A DNA stretch of 64,000 nt from Amphiscolops sp. MND2022 (GCA_964187785.1 OZ076409.1:88164001-88228000); one strand, 5' to 3'; numbered from the stretch's first letter, positions 36,907 to 51,624 are shown. The notes: a model not told the origin generated them from the letters alone. Program-made: numbers and translations.

Positions 36907-37950
36907 ATTCATAGCCCCAGTGATACCAGTACTATTTTATGCAGCCATACTAGAGGAAACTTCATCTTTCCCTCATCCACTAAATTATTCACCACTGTTC
37001 ACGCATGAACTAGAACTCACAATAAAGTTCATCACAAACCAATCAGCGGGTTTGATGGTGGATTCAATTTGACTCTGTTTTACAATAATACATCCCAAAC
37101 CCATCAGCGGATTTGTCAATGAGCTTAATCAGCATTGTTTTACCAACGTTCATCGCAAACTCATCCTTAAAATTGCGAGTGAGCTGAACATGGGACCATT
37201 TACTTTTTTTATATCACTAATCCATCAGCGTATTTCATGGGACTTTAAATATCACTAAAATCGTCCTAAATTCATTGCTAGACTATGCTTCACTAATTCC
37301 CAATGTGCTTCTCATTTCTCGGACGGAAAACTCATCGTTTATTCCTCGCATAACTAGAGAGACAGAGAAATGAGGACGTACATCCTTAATTCATCACAAA
37401 AACTCGATTTTGCTGGATTTGCATGTTTTATTGTAGAATACATACCTCATTCATCGTCGATTTGATTCGTGCTGGAAATAGTAAGTAAGAGGGGAAGTCC
37501 ATCTCTTTTTCATCGCGAATATGATTTGCGCTAATTTTGACAGGGATAACCAAGAATTCATCGCATTTCATCTTATGCTAATTTGGATACTTCAATGTTT
37601 TCATTGCTAATTCATCTCAGTGTACAAATACTATCTGCTTTTGCTGTTATTGCTAAGAAATCATCGGTTCCTCATCGTTTGATGAGTTTTACTCTAATTT
37701 GGCCTGAAATTGGTGCAATAGTGAGTGTTTTCATCCTGTTTCTATCTCCATAGCAACCATTGTTATCGTGCAGGCAATTTACAACGCTGTAAGACTGATG
37801 ATTCACTACAATTTGCATATATAGATTTACCGTGGTAGGTAGCTATCCTGCGGCAGTTCGCAACACTGCTCACGTGACATACCAATTAGCACCACCAGGC
37901 TCAGCCAATGAAAAAGAAGGTTGGTAAAAGATTTTCGTGTCACCAACCAG

Positions 37951-40662
37951 CTAAAACACGCGAACTCCTGTAGTTTGAGCCGCCAAATTGATTACTAAGT
38001 GAGAAAGCGTGATGTTTGCTGCCTGGTGTGGTGTTGGTATGCGAAAGTGTGCCAGAGTGGTGTTGGCATTGAGTGTGAACGCGTGGTTGTTCGGGTTGGT
38101 GACTTGGAATGTCGTCCTTCCCTCATCTAGGTCAACCAAGCAGGGGAAACAAGCAAACACGTCTTTCGCATGAAGGCTGGGGACCCCTCAACTGTACCAG
38201 TTGTAAGCGAGATGTCCGCGTCCCTGTTGACCTGTATCATCACTTGATGGAGAGGAGGGATGATTGTTTTAGTACTGGAACACAAATTGATTAATCCGGT
38301 TTTGAATCTATTGCTCTTTGTTGTCTGACTTGCATGGACATCCTGTGGTTGGAGAAATGGACAAGATGGTTCTTAATGTCTAAGCTTACCGAGTACTTTT
38401 CAAAAAAGGACATTCGGCTAAAATAGTTCTCATTGTTGATTAGGAGTAGGAACGTTTCTTCAAAAACGTTTCCAGCAACGTAGAATCTAAGAAGTACTTG
38501 TTTACGTACTGGGACTAAATTCCTGTTTGCTAATTGAATCTTGGAATTTGGGGGTTAATTCTTGAAGGATGGCTTCAGGATGAGCCGTGGTGATTTCTCG
38601 AAGTTCGGTTTCAGACATAGCGCTTTGAATTGCGCCTCCTGTGACTAAAAGGGCGTGATTCTCAAATTTGTCAAATTGCAGCGGGACGTACAGCATTTTA
38701 TCTTTTTTATTTAAATGTAAAATGGGACTGAGTACATGAAATTCTGTTTTAGTTGCATGTTTTTTAGCTTTCGAATTGTTACTACTACCCTGTGTTACAT
38801 GTTTTTTTCTACTAAGCCGTGTGTTGTTTGTCGTGTGTAGAGTCGTGTCGTCATGTAGACGGTTGGAGTCCATCTCTTTGGCATCTTCCACCTGCCTCAT
38901 GGTGTTGTTTGGCCAGTTCATCTCTGATTCATCGTGAATGTCAGCGAGTGGGGAAAAGCGGCAGCCGTTGTGTTGGAGTGGGTTTTCCATCGCTTTTTCA
39001 TCGTGTTGAAGTCTTCGCTGATAGACGTCATCAGCTTTCGATCGTGTGTTCAATGAATGCTGCCATTTCTTCATTGAACGGTTGTGTGTAGTCTGGTCTG
39101 TTGTTAGTTGAGTGTCGCGCGTGTTTGTCTTAGCGGGAGGAAATCGTGGCTGTTTCAAAAACCCTGATTGATATCTTCATCAGAGTAACTGGTCTGTTCG
39201 TCTTCTTCGGTTATGACTTGCATCTGGTGCATCGGTTGTTGTTGGCGTTTAAGGTCCTGTCGTCGGGTTTTGTTGTCACGTTGGGAGTTTAAGGCATATG
39301 GTTTTTTGCCGTAAGCGGAACTGCTTTCCTTCGGGACTTTTCTTCTGCAGTCTCTCGCTGAAGGGCCTGTGTAGCCACATATTTGACAAACTAGTTTGGG
39401 GTTGTACTTAGGTTTGTCCGGGTCGGCTGGTTTCTTCATGGGGATGGCGTCTTCCTTCTTAAACCCATTGGCCTCATCTCTTTGATTGGCGCGACATTCA
39501 GTTTTGCGGTGGCCGGTCTTGCCACAGTAGAAACACTGTCCTTCAAAGCGTTTTCGTTCCGGATGTGTCGTCGTGGCTGTTTGTTTGGTCGTCGTGTTCG
39601 TCGTTGTGTTAGAGGAGGTGACCGCGTTAAATAGCTGAATTGTTGTTTGGGGCGACGTGTCGTGTACTGCTGATCCTGGTATTTACACATTAAAAACGTT
39701 TTGATCTCCTCGGGTGAACTCTCTTCTTTGTTGGCCATTGTGAGTTCTTGCTGAAGTTCGACCGGTAGCTTGCCGAACAAGAACATCTTGATCACTTTGT
39801 CGGCTTGGTCTCCAAAAGCTTACTTCGCGGTCTTTTTCAGGCTTTTGAGGAAATCACCGAATGTTTCTGTGGTGGGATCGTAACGAGCCTGATACCATTT
39901 GTAACGGGCCACTTCCTTAAGGTCTTTTTTAGCAAACTCCTTACGAAACAGGTCCAGTACATCCTTAAGAGTTGTTGCTGGCGTGATTTGAATTGATTGC
40001 CAGTATTCAATTGCTTCATCACTCAAGAGGCTTTGGAAGAAATGCAGTTTATTCTCATCTGTGATCTTGTTTGCTAATTGGCTCAGGTGATTGAGGAGAA
40101 GGTGTTCAAATTCTACAAACTTGTCCTTCTGTCCTCTGGAGATTGGGACGTGTGTTTGTAGCAGTTTATTGTTGGTCGTCGAGCTCTTGATGCGCTGGGG
40201 GATGGTTTCAATGGCGTTCAAGTGTCTTTCTTCATGGCTTCGTGGTGTTGAGTCGCCATCCTCGTCAGTGTCTTCATCTGGATATCGTCTGATGTTTGAT
40301 GTGAAGATTTGTGACGGGCGGGTGGAGTGGGTCTCTGTTACACCTGTCACCATGTCAGACCAAACTTGGGGCCACTTTGAAAGACCTTGCATGCCGGTTG
40401 ATGGGCTGTCGTTCTTAGACTTACTGATCACAGCCATAATTAGATCTTTCAGTTGACTAAACTCCGATTGGAGTTCACTGATCTTTCGTTCATAATTCTC
40501 TTTCATTTCAGACAGCTGAGTGGAAATGTCGGAGCTTTCATTAGTGTCGGAGTCATTGGAAGTGGATTCTGCCATGACCAAGTTTGCTGGTGCACTTTCT
40601 TCAAATGAGGAATCGATTAATTTCCCGTTTCTATTATGTTTTGTGCCTTGTTCTAAACACAT
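37951..40662 (-). mobile_element. Gypsy B gag (CCHC) and protease, truncated before RT
   Basis: KFVEFEHLLLNHL, KLHFFQSLL.DEA, CQICGYTG(P)SARDC, HALL(V)TGGAIQSAMS; G GGT TTT slippery site at 39164-39158 before the gag TGA. Confidence 0.88.
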
Positions 40663-42096
40663 GCAGTTGGATAAATCAATTTACGAGCGAAGACTGGATT
40701 ATTGAGATGTTTTAAAGATATCTTTTCTATTTTGTATCAGTTTGCGAATAATTCTAATTCACTGTTTTGAACAGAAATGTCTTTTCGATGTAGGGTTGTA
40801 GAAATTTAATACTATCCGGTAAATGGCAGATTCTGAAGCAAATCAAGAGGAAGTCATCTAAAGTTCATCGCGATGAAACTTGGCTAAAGTTGATCATTCA
40901 GTGTAGTTGCGAGGTGATCTCCTGAGATGGGGTTTGGATAACAAAGTTTGTTTATGAAAGTTCAACGTGGATTATCTACTGTACGGTAGCTGGTCGCAAA
41001 TTTTTCTTGAGTGATCAATTTGGTGGCTCAAACTACAGGAGTTCGCGTGTTTTCGCTGGTTGGTAAGAAGCAAATCTCTTACCAACCTTCTTTCTCCTTG
41101 GCTGAGCCGGGTGGTGCTAATTGGTATGTCACGTGACCAGTGTTGCGAACTGCCGCAGGATGGCTACCTACCAGGGTAAATCTACATATATGTAAATAAT
41201 AGTGAATCATCAGCTTTACAGCGTTGTAAATTGCCTGAACAATACCAATGGTTGCTATGGAGATAGAAACAGGATCAAAACACTCACTATTGCACCAATT
41301 TTCAACCAAATTAGAGTAAAACTCATCAAACGATGAGGAACCGATGATTTCTTAGCAATAACAGGAATATCAAATAGTATTTGTACACTGAGATGAATTA
41401 GCGATGGAAACATTGAAATATTCACTGATTCCAAGCTCCAAACTAGCATAAGATGAAATGCGATGAATTCTCGGTTATCCCTGTCAAAATTAGCGCAAAT
41501 CATATTCGCGATGAAAAATAGATGGACTTCCCCTCTTACTTACTATTTCCAGCACGAATCAAATCGACGATGAATGAGGGATGTATTCTCCAATAAAACA
41601 TGCAAATCCACAAAATCGCTCTTTTATGATGAATTAAGGATGTACTTCCTCATTTCTCTGTCTCTCTAGTTATACGATGAATAAACGATGAGTTTTCCGT
41701 CCGAGAAATGACAAGCACAGTCTAGCGATGAATTTCAGATAATTTTAGTGAAATTTAAAGTCCCATGAAATCCGCTGATGTATTAGTGATGAAATTAAGG
41801 TAAATGGTCCCATGTTCAGCTCAATCGCAAATTTGCGGATGAGTTTGCGATGAACGTTGGTAAAACAATGCTGATTAAGCTCATTGACAAATCCGCTGAT
41901 GGGTTTGGGATGTATTATTGTAAAACAGAGTCAAATTGAATCCACCATCAAACCCGCTGATTGGTTTGTGATGAACTTTATTGTGAGTTCTAGTTCATGC
42001 GTGAACAGTGGTGAATAATTTAGTGGATGAGGGAAAGATGAAGTTTCCTCTAGTATGGCTGCATAAAATAGTACTGGTATCACTGGGGCTATGAAT

Positions 42097-42352
42097 TGTC
42101 ACGACTGTCGCTCTGAGGCGGGAGCATATGGAAGTAACAAGCTTCATCCCCTCTGTATTATAGAGTTATCCCCTCTGTTATATATATAACTCACACTCAA
42201 GGGGGAGGGAATTTAAGTACAATTATCGTAGGGTTGCTCACAACCATAACTCTTAATATATGACTTCATATTGCCCATATCTAAGTACATAAGACATAGT
42301 ATTTACATTATAGATTTTTAGTAGATTATATTTCCTTCATGCTGGCATGACA
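42097..42352 (-). mobile_element. 5' LTR of Gypsy B
   Basis: Inverted copy of 36651-36906; followed on minus by ~1.4-kb leader then gag. Confidence 0.8.
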
Positions 42353-42947
42353 ACTGAAGGTCCATGAAAACTATGCAATCTGTTTCACTGCATTTTGTTT
42401 TACTATTTAAATAGAAAAAACAAACACACTTGTGGAAGGTTAGTCAACAATTATGAACCAATTTAAAATTTCTGTCACCTTCAAGTTATTAGTTGAGCAT
42501 ACATTCGCTTCAGTGGATGACTAGAGTCTGACAGATTCGATGTTATTTTCCGCTCAAGAAGAATAACACGGACCCTGCTTTCATGGACGATGAACTGCAG
42601 ATATTACCAGGACCTCCCGTGGGAAAACATGAATCAGTGGTGATCACCATGGTTGTCACAGTTGCCATATATGGAAAAATAGCATGACTTGTGTCGCAGG
42701 CTGCCGCCTGTGATGGAACCATGATAACAACAACAGCGGACGGTCAGGACATTACTCAAGGAACACTTCCTACATTTTAAAACTAAAACTTTGTGCTCGC
42801 AGAACGTAAAACTGTCTCATTTATGACCATATATACAGCTTTGAGTTGTGATTTTATTGTTTTACGTATAAGTCTGTTAACAAATGATTGTTTTTCAATT
42901 TGGATTTGTAAATGAAGCAAAATGGAAGGCAGTTAAATTAATGTACG

Positions 42948-43201
42948 TGCAATGCAGTAAAGGAAACCTGTTCAAAAGAGCTACAATTCGGACTTAGCAA
43001 CGAAACTTGTCATTGAGCTATTAATCAATCACATTGCTGTAAATATTCAAGCAGTCCAATCATTCGCCGGTTACGGCCGCTTGACTAAAAGCCAATTAAC
43101 CACTTGTGCTATTTGGGCAAATGTCCGGTTCCGGCCGATTAAAGTGTTGTGCTCTTGAAGTGTTAATACTTAGTACGATGGATCGGTGATGCTTATTTGC
43201 A
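42948..43201 (+). mobile_element. Putative 254-bp 5' LTR of Gypsy C
   Basis: TGCAA...TTGCA termini, TATA-like and ATTAAA signals; copy at 57686-57939 roughly 90% identical; boundaries inferred. Confidence 0.55.
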
Positions 43202-43867
43202 TAGTGTAATAGCCCCTGCAGGATGAAAAGGACTAGTAAAGATGCTTTGAGGTGTTAATATATGGGTTATTTTAATGGTAGTAGGTATTGGTCTCCGGTC
43301 CTATACCGGTCTTTAACTGTGATATGACAGCATGTATGACGGCCCTATTAGGCCTATTTGTTAAACATACAACGCATGCAGATTGTTCCACCTATGCTCC
43401 ACTTCAAATCTCACGGGTCGCCACGCTCTGGAAAACGAAGCTACATATTTTACATATTTACACCTTAGCAGTATTAAGGTGACGGATTGTTGACAATATG
43501 AAATATTACCCAGGAATGTTCAATATTTGGTTCTTTAGATGTTTTGTTTTGACTGATGCTTTGATGTAACGGGTCCATTAATCGCTAAATTTTAGGTATT
43601 CAATTGATGCCACAAACACCTGTTGTTAGTCACCTGATAAAATTTGATGATTCTTTGATAATAATAGCCACGTGACAAATTAAGGTCACGACCATCATGT
43701 GATTTTATTCTTGATTGGAAAATAAAAAGAATGTGAGCGTCACCCTCCCAGCGGTAAATATACCAGTACCTCTCCTGAGAGAAACACTTATTATTTTTGC
43801 ACGATGGGATAAAGGTACTTTCAAAACAGTTTACTGTTGATTCTCCGAATAGAGATGATTCAACTAA

Positions 43868-46800
43868 ATGCACACGGATTTCCTTAATGCCTCTACTACA
43901 AGAAAACAGAAAAAGAAAAGAAAGTCAAGAGGACTAGATTTTCTCTCAGACATTGAAAATCTAGATATAATGCTAGGTCAAAGACACTCTGAGAGGGATG
44001 AGAGCCCCATTAGCAATTCAGCTAGAAGGCCTGAAAGTGCCAACAGGTATATGCTTGGGAACAATAATGAGGATATGTACTTAAATCACAGAGAAATGGG
44101 GTTCGGTAACAGTGCCGACCCAGGTCATAACAGCTAGCGTCAATTCGAACGTTGAGATCATAAGATTGTCAAGTGAGTTGAACTCAAGGTTGTCTTGGGA
44201 GATGGACGAAATGATGACTAATGTCAATAGGCAGATCCAATGGGCTATCAGTGATGCAATTAGTAATCAGATTTTGTCTCAAATTCAAAATGCCCTGAAG
44301 TCCGGATCAGGCCACTTGACACAAAACAGATGGAACGCTCCGACCGAAAGACCGGAAATTACATCCGCTATACGAAAACGAAAGAAAATTCAAGAAGTGA
44401 AACAATCAGTGAACGTCCTAATGGCAAATTCACAGACCAAGCTTACGACATGGTGACAGGAGTGAGATTCGAACCCACGCATCCGAAGATACTGCAACGG
44501 CTGCAGACTCAGACACAATCAATAGATTACCTGACGTCTTGACAAGTTTGCAGAATCGACCAACAGCCCAGCAACTCACCATCCGACCGGTCAACTCTAA
44601 TACAAAAACTTTTGACGGCAAAAGTGAGAAATTCGAGCTGTTCGAGGATCTCTTCCAAACGATGATCAAAATGCAGCCTGAGATTTCTGAACAGTTGAAG
44701 ATCAACCATATCTACTCACTCTTAAGGAAAATTGCAAAACAAATATTCCGAAACATCAGCACAGCCAGTAGATAAACGCTTGAAGAGGTACTAGTCATCT
44801 TTAGACGCAAGTACGTCACGCCTGAATCTCAGGCAACTGCCTAACACTAATGGAACCTTCTGGTATTTGACCCAAATACGAGGAAATTACCAGACTTCCT
44901 CGAAGAACTCAATCAAGGGGTAAAAAGCGTTTGGAGACAACGCACAAAAGATGACTGACAGTCTCTTTTACGCAAAACTGCCAGCGAAACTGAAACGGTC
45001 AGTCAAAATGGCCAGTCTTGAAAACGACTCCCATGATGAAATCGTGGCCCATCTTGAAAGGGAACTAGAACTCAACGCTCTTGAGGAACTGACGATTTGC
45101 GAATCGCAACAAGGACGTCCTCAACCTCCAAATCCAAAACACCTCCCTCTACTGGGCAATTGACTGACATCACCTGCAATTACTGCAAGGAAAAGGGCCA
45201 TATGGTCAAGGACCGCGAGAAACTCAAAAAGAAAGAAAAAGATGACCAACAAGGCAAATCGACGATAAGAAGAAAACGTATCCTGAGTGTAGGACTTGTG
45301 GCAAGAAAAACCATCCAAAAAATGTTGGCAAGGCGCAGGTGCTCACCTCAAACCCAAGCGCACCAGACCTGAGGACTCATATTGTTGGCGCCAGTCATCA
45401 GAAGGCAGAGAAACTCAATTCAGAACTTGCTGGTTGAGAAACAAAACTTAAACTCCAAAAAACTTAGATGAAAATTTGAAGAAAATCCTCACATTGCAAA
45501 TGGGGAAACCACCCCCAAATGGATTTTCTCAAAGTCTCTTAGTCATAGAGCCATGAAACTTGGCACACATACGCAGGTACATAACCCAAACACAACGGCC
45601 AAGTTTCAAGGTCATCCACCCATTATAACCCCTTTTACCCCCCACATGTGTGTTGTTCAAGGTCATTGAACCAAAAATGTAAACGTTGATATTTACCTAT
45701 ATGACCACATTAGAATGTAACTCTGTTGAAATTAGTGATATTTACCATGTGTAAACATGCTTTAGAGCCCACCTAATCAACATGCTAAAACCACCATGTG
45801 CTTTGTTTACATAGCCAATAACTTTAATAATTCACTTAAATGTCATTTATTTATACCACATATTTCAACTTGTCTTCGCCCTATATTTACTGTAGAATTG
45901 TAAACCACGTTTATACCATTATTAGATAGAGATTTTAACGACTGAATAGCTGTAGTCAAGTTGGGTCTTAGGACCATTTCAATTCTCAATTCATTTCTTC
46001 ACATCTTTTCGACTTTTCGCCAAAGACTTAGGGCGACTAAGTTAGTTACTCTCAACTTGTGGAGAGTTGGACGTGTTAAGAGACAAGGAAGAAGTGCAAT
46101 TCGGGATCATTGGATCCTACTAAGTCAAGATACAGTCCTTTTAATCTACGAAGCAAGCAGTGTTCGGTAACGATCCGCAGTGCCGAGAACCGAATTCAGG
46201 GCGGCGTAAAGTTTGGTCAATTGAAGGGATCAAGCAGCCGTTACACATATGACAATAAACCAGATTCAAAAGCCCAAAAACCTCAGTACAACCCGACATC
46301 GTCCAATTCCCAATCTTCATTCAAGAATGATGATCCAAAAAACTAGCTTCGCCACGACTCCAAAATAATCAACTAGTATCAGTCCGACAATACATCAGGA
46401 CAGTTCTTCCAACAAAATTTTCATAACTATAAGCAACAATTGATGGGCTATCACTCTGTTGTCTGACAGCAGCCGATGGAAAAAGCTATCATTATTACTT
46501 ACAATAGTACTCATCTGTATCAAAAACCAATTGCTGTATGGGACCCTGATTACACAACAACCTTCACTACCCAATTCAGGCCCATTCACTTGATTGACGA
46601 TTACAATCCATCTTTTATCGATCCACACTATTGCAAAGGTTCCTATTGGGACACTGAAATCTATAACCAGGATCTGTTACAATTCCAATACGTCCTAGAC
46701 AACATCGAGCACTACGAAACAACGGTCCACGAAAACCCTCCAATAAACCACGATAAGAAAACTAGAGCACGGATCAAAAATTGGCAAATGAATGATAGTA

Positions 46801-49800
46801 CCAACCATCCAGTGTTCCCAAACCCACTGGGAACCGAGGAACCCGAAACTGCCAATGATGCAATTCCACAATTGCTGTTGGACGAGGAACAATTCCAAAA
46901 TGTCCTTACTACCAAGGAAGGTGAACCAGACTGTATACCGCTTTCGACCAACATTAACTTCAAATGCAAAAAGCGCATGCTATATTTCCATATGGACTTT
47001 GGGGAATTGACCATATACGGCCTTATAGACACTGGGACCTCCTGAAATGGACCTCCAGAAAATTCGACTCTTCTCCCAATCTGTTATCCGAGAAGGTCAA
47101 CTTCCGAAATTCCAAACAATCGCCGCAAATGGACAATTAGAGACTCCGAAGAGTTTAATTGAGCTTAAATTTGAAGTTGGTGACATCGGGTTCCACGACA
47201 TCTTCATAGTGATGGAGAATTTGACGGGACCAATCATTAGCCTAATGTTCCTTCAGCGAAACCATACAGTTCGGGACATGAGACAATGAATTTTGAAAAC
47301 CCCGTTCTTCTCTATGCAGCTAAACACAGCTGACCACCGATATTCCAACGTCTTGGAACCAATCCTCAGTCCCACAGAAATAAATATTCCACCGATTGAC
47401 AGAGTCCTAGTCAGGACAAACTCCCTACTTTACCCTGAAAATGCTGTCAGTGGGATACTGCAACCGAGCCACCTTCTACATGAAGAAGGCGACGTTACTT
47501 TTTGCCCAGCTTCGGTCACTCTGAATGATGGCAATAAATCGATACCTTTAATAATTTCACGGATCACCCCTATTAACTCAAAAAAGGACTCCATATTGTT
47601 AGCTTCTCTGTTGTGACGCCTGAACAAATAAAATACGTGAAACCGGTTGATCCGGCATTGACCTGGCATCTTTTACAAAACGACCAAGAAAAGGCAGGCC
47701 ATTATGTCAGTAGTCTCACCAAGACCAATAAAAATGGACCTAGAGACCCTTGATCCTACTAAAGATAAGAAATCTAGAGCAAAGTTCCTAGGAAATTTTG
47801 ATTGGAACGATTCCACTTTATCCACCGATGAAAAAGAAAAAATTGAAGAATTATGAGTGAAATTCCATGACATTTTCTCGAGACACAAATTCCACATAGG
47901 TATGAATGAGGAATTCAAGGTGAAATTAACGCCCAAAGACGACTCCCCAGCCTACAGACAGAGCCTCCCAGCACCCATAAATTTGAAGGAGGACATTCTC
48001 GTTGAGCTAGCCATGTTGCACATATATGGAATAATCACTACTTTGCCATTTTCCAAGTATGATAGCCTGATATTCGCCCAAAAGAAGCCAAATGGGAAAC
48101 TTCGTCTACTGGTTGACTTGAGCAAAATCAACAATCTAATCCAGGATGATTATATAAACAATACTCAGCCTGTCAGTACCCTAGTCGACGCTGCCCAACA
48201 TTTGGAAGGCAAAAAACTATTTTGCAAATTAGACTGTTCGCAGTGATATCACTGCCTACAGATGGCTGACCAACGATCAATTGAGATGTTGGCAATCAAT
48301 TTTGCTAGTCGCAAATTTGCCTACAGACGTTTGGCACAAGTCCTTAGTCGGGCGCTGTCTGCATTTTCTAGTTTTATTTGAGGATACCTTGACAAAGTCA
48401 TTAAAGCGGATCAGTGTACCCATTACGTGGACGACATCGGCATCGCAGCCAATGATGCTGATCAACTCATCGCTAACCTGAGCGCAACCTTCAAATGCAT
48501 TCAGGAAGCAGGCCTTAATTTGACGATGCACAAATGTCATTTCGGTGCCACAGGAATTGATTTCCTTGGACGAACAATTACCCCAAAAGGCGTCAATTCC
48601 CAGAAACAGAACGTACACAACTTCCTTGAAAAAACAAACAAATTTCCGAAGTCGATAAAGGCTTTACAACGCTATTCGGGAATTTTAAATTATTACAGAA
48701 ACTAGGTCCCAAGACTGTCTGAATGCTTTGCTCAATTCTACAAGATGCTGAAAAGTGACGAAAAAGTCCTAGTTTTTAAAGAATTTGTCCAACAATTTGA
48801 GGAAATCAACAAAGCACTTAACAAATGCTACGATCTGGCCCTACAGCAACCTGTTCCGAATAAACAAATCGCACTAATGACAGATGCGAATTTTGATGCA
48901 GCTGGATATGCAGTTTTAATTAAAGACGACCCGAATCAGAAATTCGATTCACTTAAAAAATCATATGCACCAGTCGCTTACGGTTCAAAAGCCTTCACCC
49001 CAGCCCAGATAAAAATGTCCATGTACACAGCAGCATTTCTGGCTTTTATTTTATTTATTTCGCATTTTTTATTAAATTTATTTCGCATTTAAACAGTTTG
49101 GGCATATTTTTTGGGGTGCGCCAATCCGGTCATTATCCCAACTGACAATAAAACCGTCACGCAATTTTGCCAAAGGAAAATCGTACCTCCAGCCCTGTGG
49201 AATGCTTGCGACTATGTAATACAATTCATTTTTGTCATAGCGCACATCCCAGGAGCAGAGAATACGGCAGCGGGTTACTTGTCCCGTCTGGAAGATGACC
49301 CGACGGACAAACTAGTAATGAAAATCAGAGAGGATGTACAAATTGTCACAATCGAAATAAACCTGCAATCGTCTCACAGGAAGAACAAATCTTCTACACA
49401 AATGATGATGATGTGACAGAAGAACAATATTGGGCGAGGAAAGAAGCAATCAGGAAAAATCCCGCCATAGAAGAACCTGCTGTAACAAACAAACGCTTTT
49501 CACAATTTTGATCAAACAACAATCTGATATACAAGATCGACTACGAAAAACGGACCACATAATTTTTGAGCAATCCAAAGATGCAGTTTTACAGCAATTG
49601 AAGGGAAAAACTCCTTCATGAGGAATGTTCAGAAAATGTACTGCAACAGGATGCTCGATACAGACACTATGCTAACAATTTGGAACGACTTATAATCAAG
49701 GAATTTATCCTGACAACGCAATACTTCGACGAAACAGGGAATTTGAAATACCATCAGATTCTCCTCCTGCAACACTGACTTCAGTATATGCTTCAGGCCC

Positions 49801-51430
49801 TTCACGGGACGGCTCACAAGCACCATGGCATATCAAAGATGCTACAGGAGATCAGGCAGAGGTATTACTATCCTAGCATGGCGAAACACGTCGAAAAATA
49901 GGTAGAAGGGTGCGAACAATGCGAAAGAGACAAACGAGTCTCTAATGCAACAATCACGCCCAAACTACTTATTTTGCCGGAATGGGACCTTGGACCCGAA
50001 GACGCAACGCAAATTGATCTATTGCCGAATCTTCCCCCAAGTGGAGGATATGAAAATGTTCTAACTGCAATTGATATCTTCTCTCGATATCTCTTCGCTT
50101 ATACTCTTACGGACGCATCAGCAATCAATGTAGCAAAAGTGCTCATTGACATCATGACTTAACATGCGTACTTATCAACAACGCTTATTACCGACAGAGG
50201 GACTGCATTCACTTCCACGATTATTGCGGAGATTACGCAGATTTTAAAAATTACGCTCAAATGTGCAACAACAAAGCACCAGCAAACAATTGAGAAATTA
50301 GAGCGGACACATGCTTCACTGAAGACGAATCTCAAAATGGCATGTGGGAAATACCGCCGAATACTTGCCATTAGCAGTCCTCAATCACAATACCAGTTAC
50401 CATGCCAGTATCCGTTGTGAACTAACAAGTGTATTCAATGAACGAACTCCATATAATATTTTGGATCACAAGCTTGGAAATAATCCAAACGAGCATATCA
50501 ATCCAAAACGGAATTTGCACAAGAAATTTAAAATCGGACAAAACTCTTAATTGACAAAACATAATGCAGTCATATATCAAATACAAGGAGTATTATGACC
50601 GCAAAGCGAAAACTGCTCCACTCGAGGAGAATGAATACTGTTTTGGATTGCAGTCGAATACGTATCACCAAGGATCAAAACATCCATTCAAAGATTACCG
50701 TTGGGGTGGACCATTTATAGTCCAAAAAGTATTACCTAACGAGAATTACATTATACGCCGGCTCACTACAAATAAAACTCAGAAATTGCAACAAATTTGC
50801 CTCGAAAAGTTTGTTCCCAATAAACCGCTTGAGAACAATTTCCGAGAAGAGCGATTGCAGCCAGACGAAGAAATTGTCATTCCGCAAGACGACTTGTATA
50901 CAATAACGTGGGAAACAAACTTCGGTGAACAGCTAGCTACACGAGGCAATGAGCCTTTTCCGATTCGCTTGCCGAAAGGTGAACAGCCTGTTACGTCAAA
51001 CACCGGTTCAAAAGACGCACACGAGAATGAAGTGGATTACAAAATAGTGAACGACAGTCCGAATGCCACCAACGACGCCGCGCACAAGTGGAATGAAAGA
51101 TTAAATGATGACGTCAGCAAAAGAAATGAAGATACAGAAGCTGAAAATATGAAACTTTTGATTGGCCGAATCCGGCCGTATACCCCTAACGTCGAGAAAA
51201 TCCTTTGCCGAATTTGTCTGAAAGACTGGTAAACGATGCCAATTGTTTCGAAGAAAACTCTTCTAATGAAAACGATGCACAAGATTCTTGCAAAAAGAAG
51301 TGATGATATTATCGTGCCCGAAATATCCCAAAGCGATGCTAGAAATGAACGTCTGAGCCCTAGAGGAGGGAAATTATAATCTCAGGCCTAACCCTAAGCC
51401 AAACTACTCAGAAGACTTTAGATACTAAGA
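43868..51430 (+). mobile_element. Gypsy C gag-pol, decayed (gag, CCHC, DTG protease, RT, RNase H, integrase)
   Basis: FDGKSEKFELFEDLF; CNYCKEKGHMVKD; GLIDTG; KPNGKLRLLVDL; KLDCSQ; YVDDIGI; LMTDA; integrase ITDRGTAF; A AAA AAC slippery site at 46337-46343 before the gag TAG. Confidence 0.95.
45383..46245. mobile_element. 863-bp solo LTR (with a nested DINE-like piece) inserted in Gypsy C gag
   Basis: TG...CA ends with 5-bp TSD CATAT at 45378-45382 and 46246-46250; removal restores gag EDSYDNKP. Confidence 0.88.
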
Positions 51431-51624
51431 ATTGAATTCTTCCAAAATAACGGGAGTTCTTTTCTTTTTATGTTTCCTTTTATTTTTCAACAAAGATCCC
51501 TTTCAAACAAAGAATACATGATTAAGAAATCAAAGCAGAAGCAAATGGCCATCAATAAACGCAAACAGAAAAAGAAATCAACAAAGTTTACAGTCTGATT
51601 GAGTACATAAATACATATGTACAT

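Noticed and set aside
42075-42082. TGGTATCA as a Met-tRNA PBS
   Set aside because: It lies on the opposite strand to gag and 5' of the LTR in that orientation, so it cannot serve as the PBS of element B
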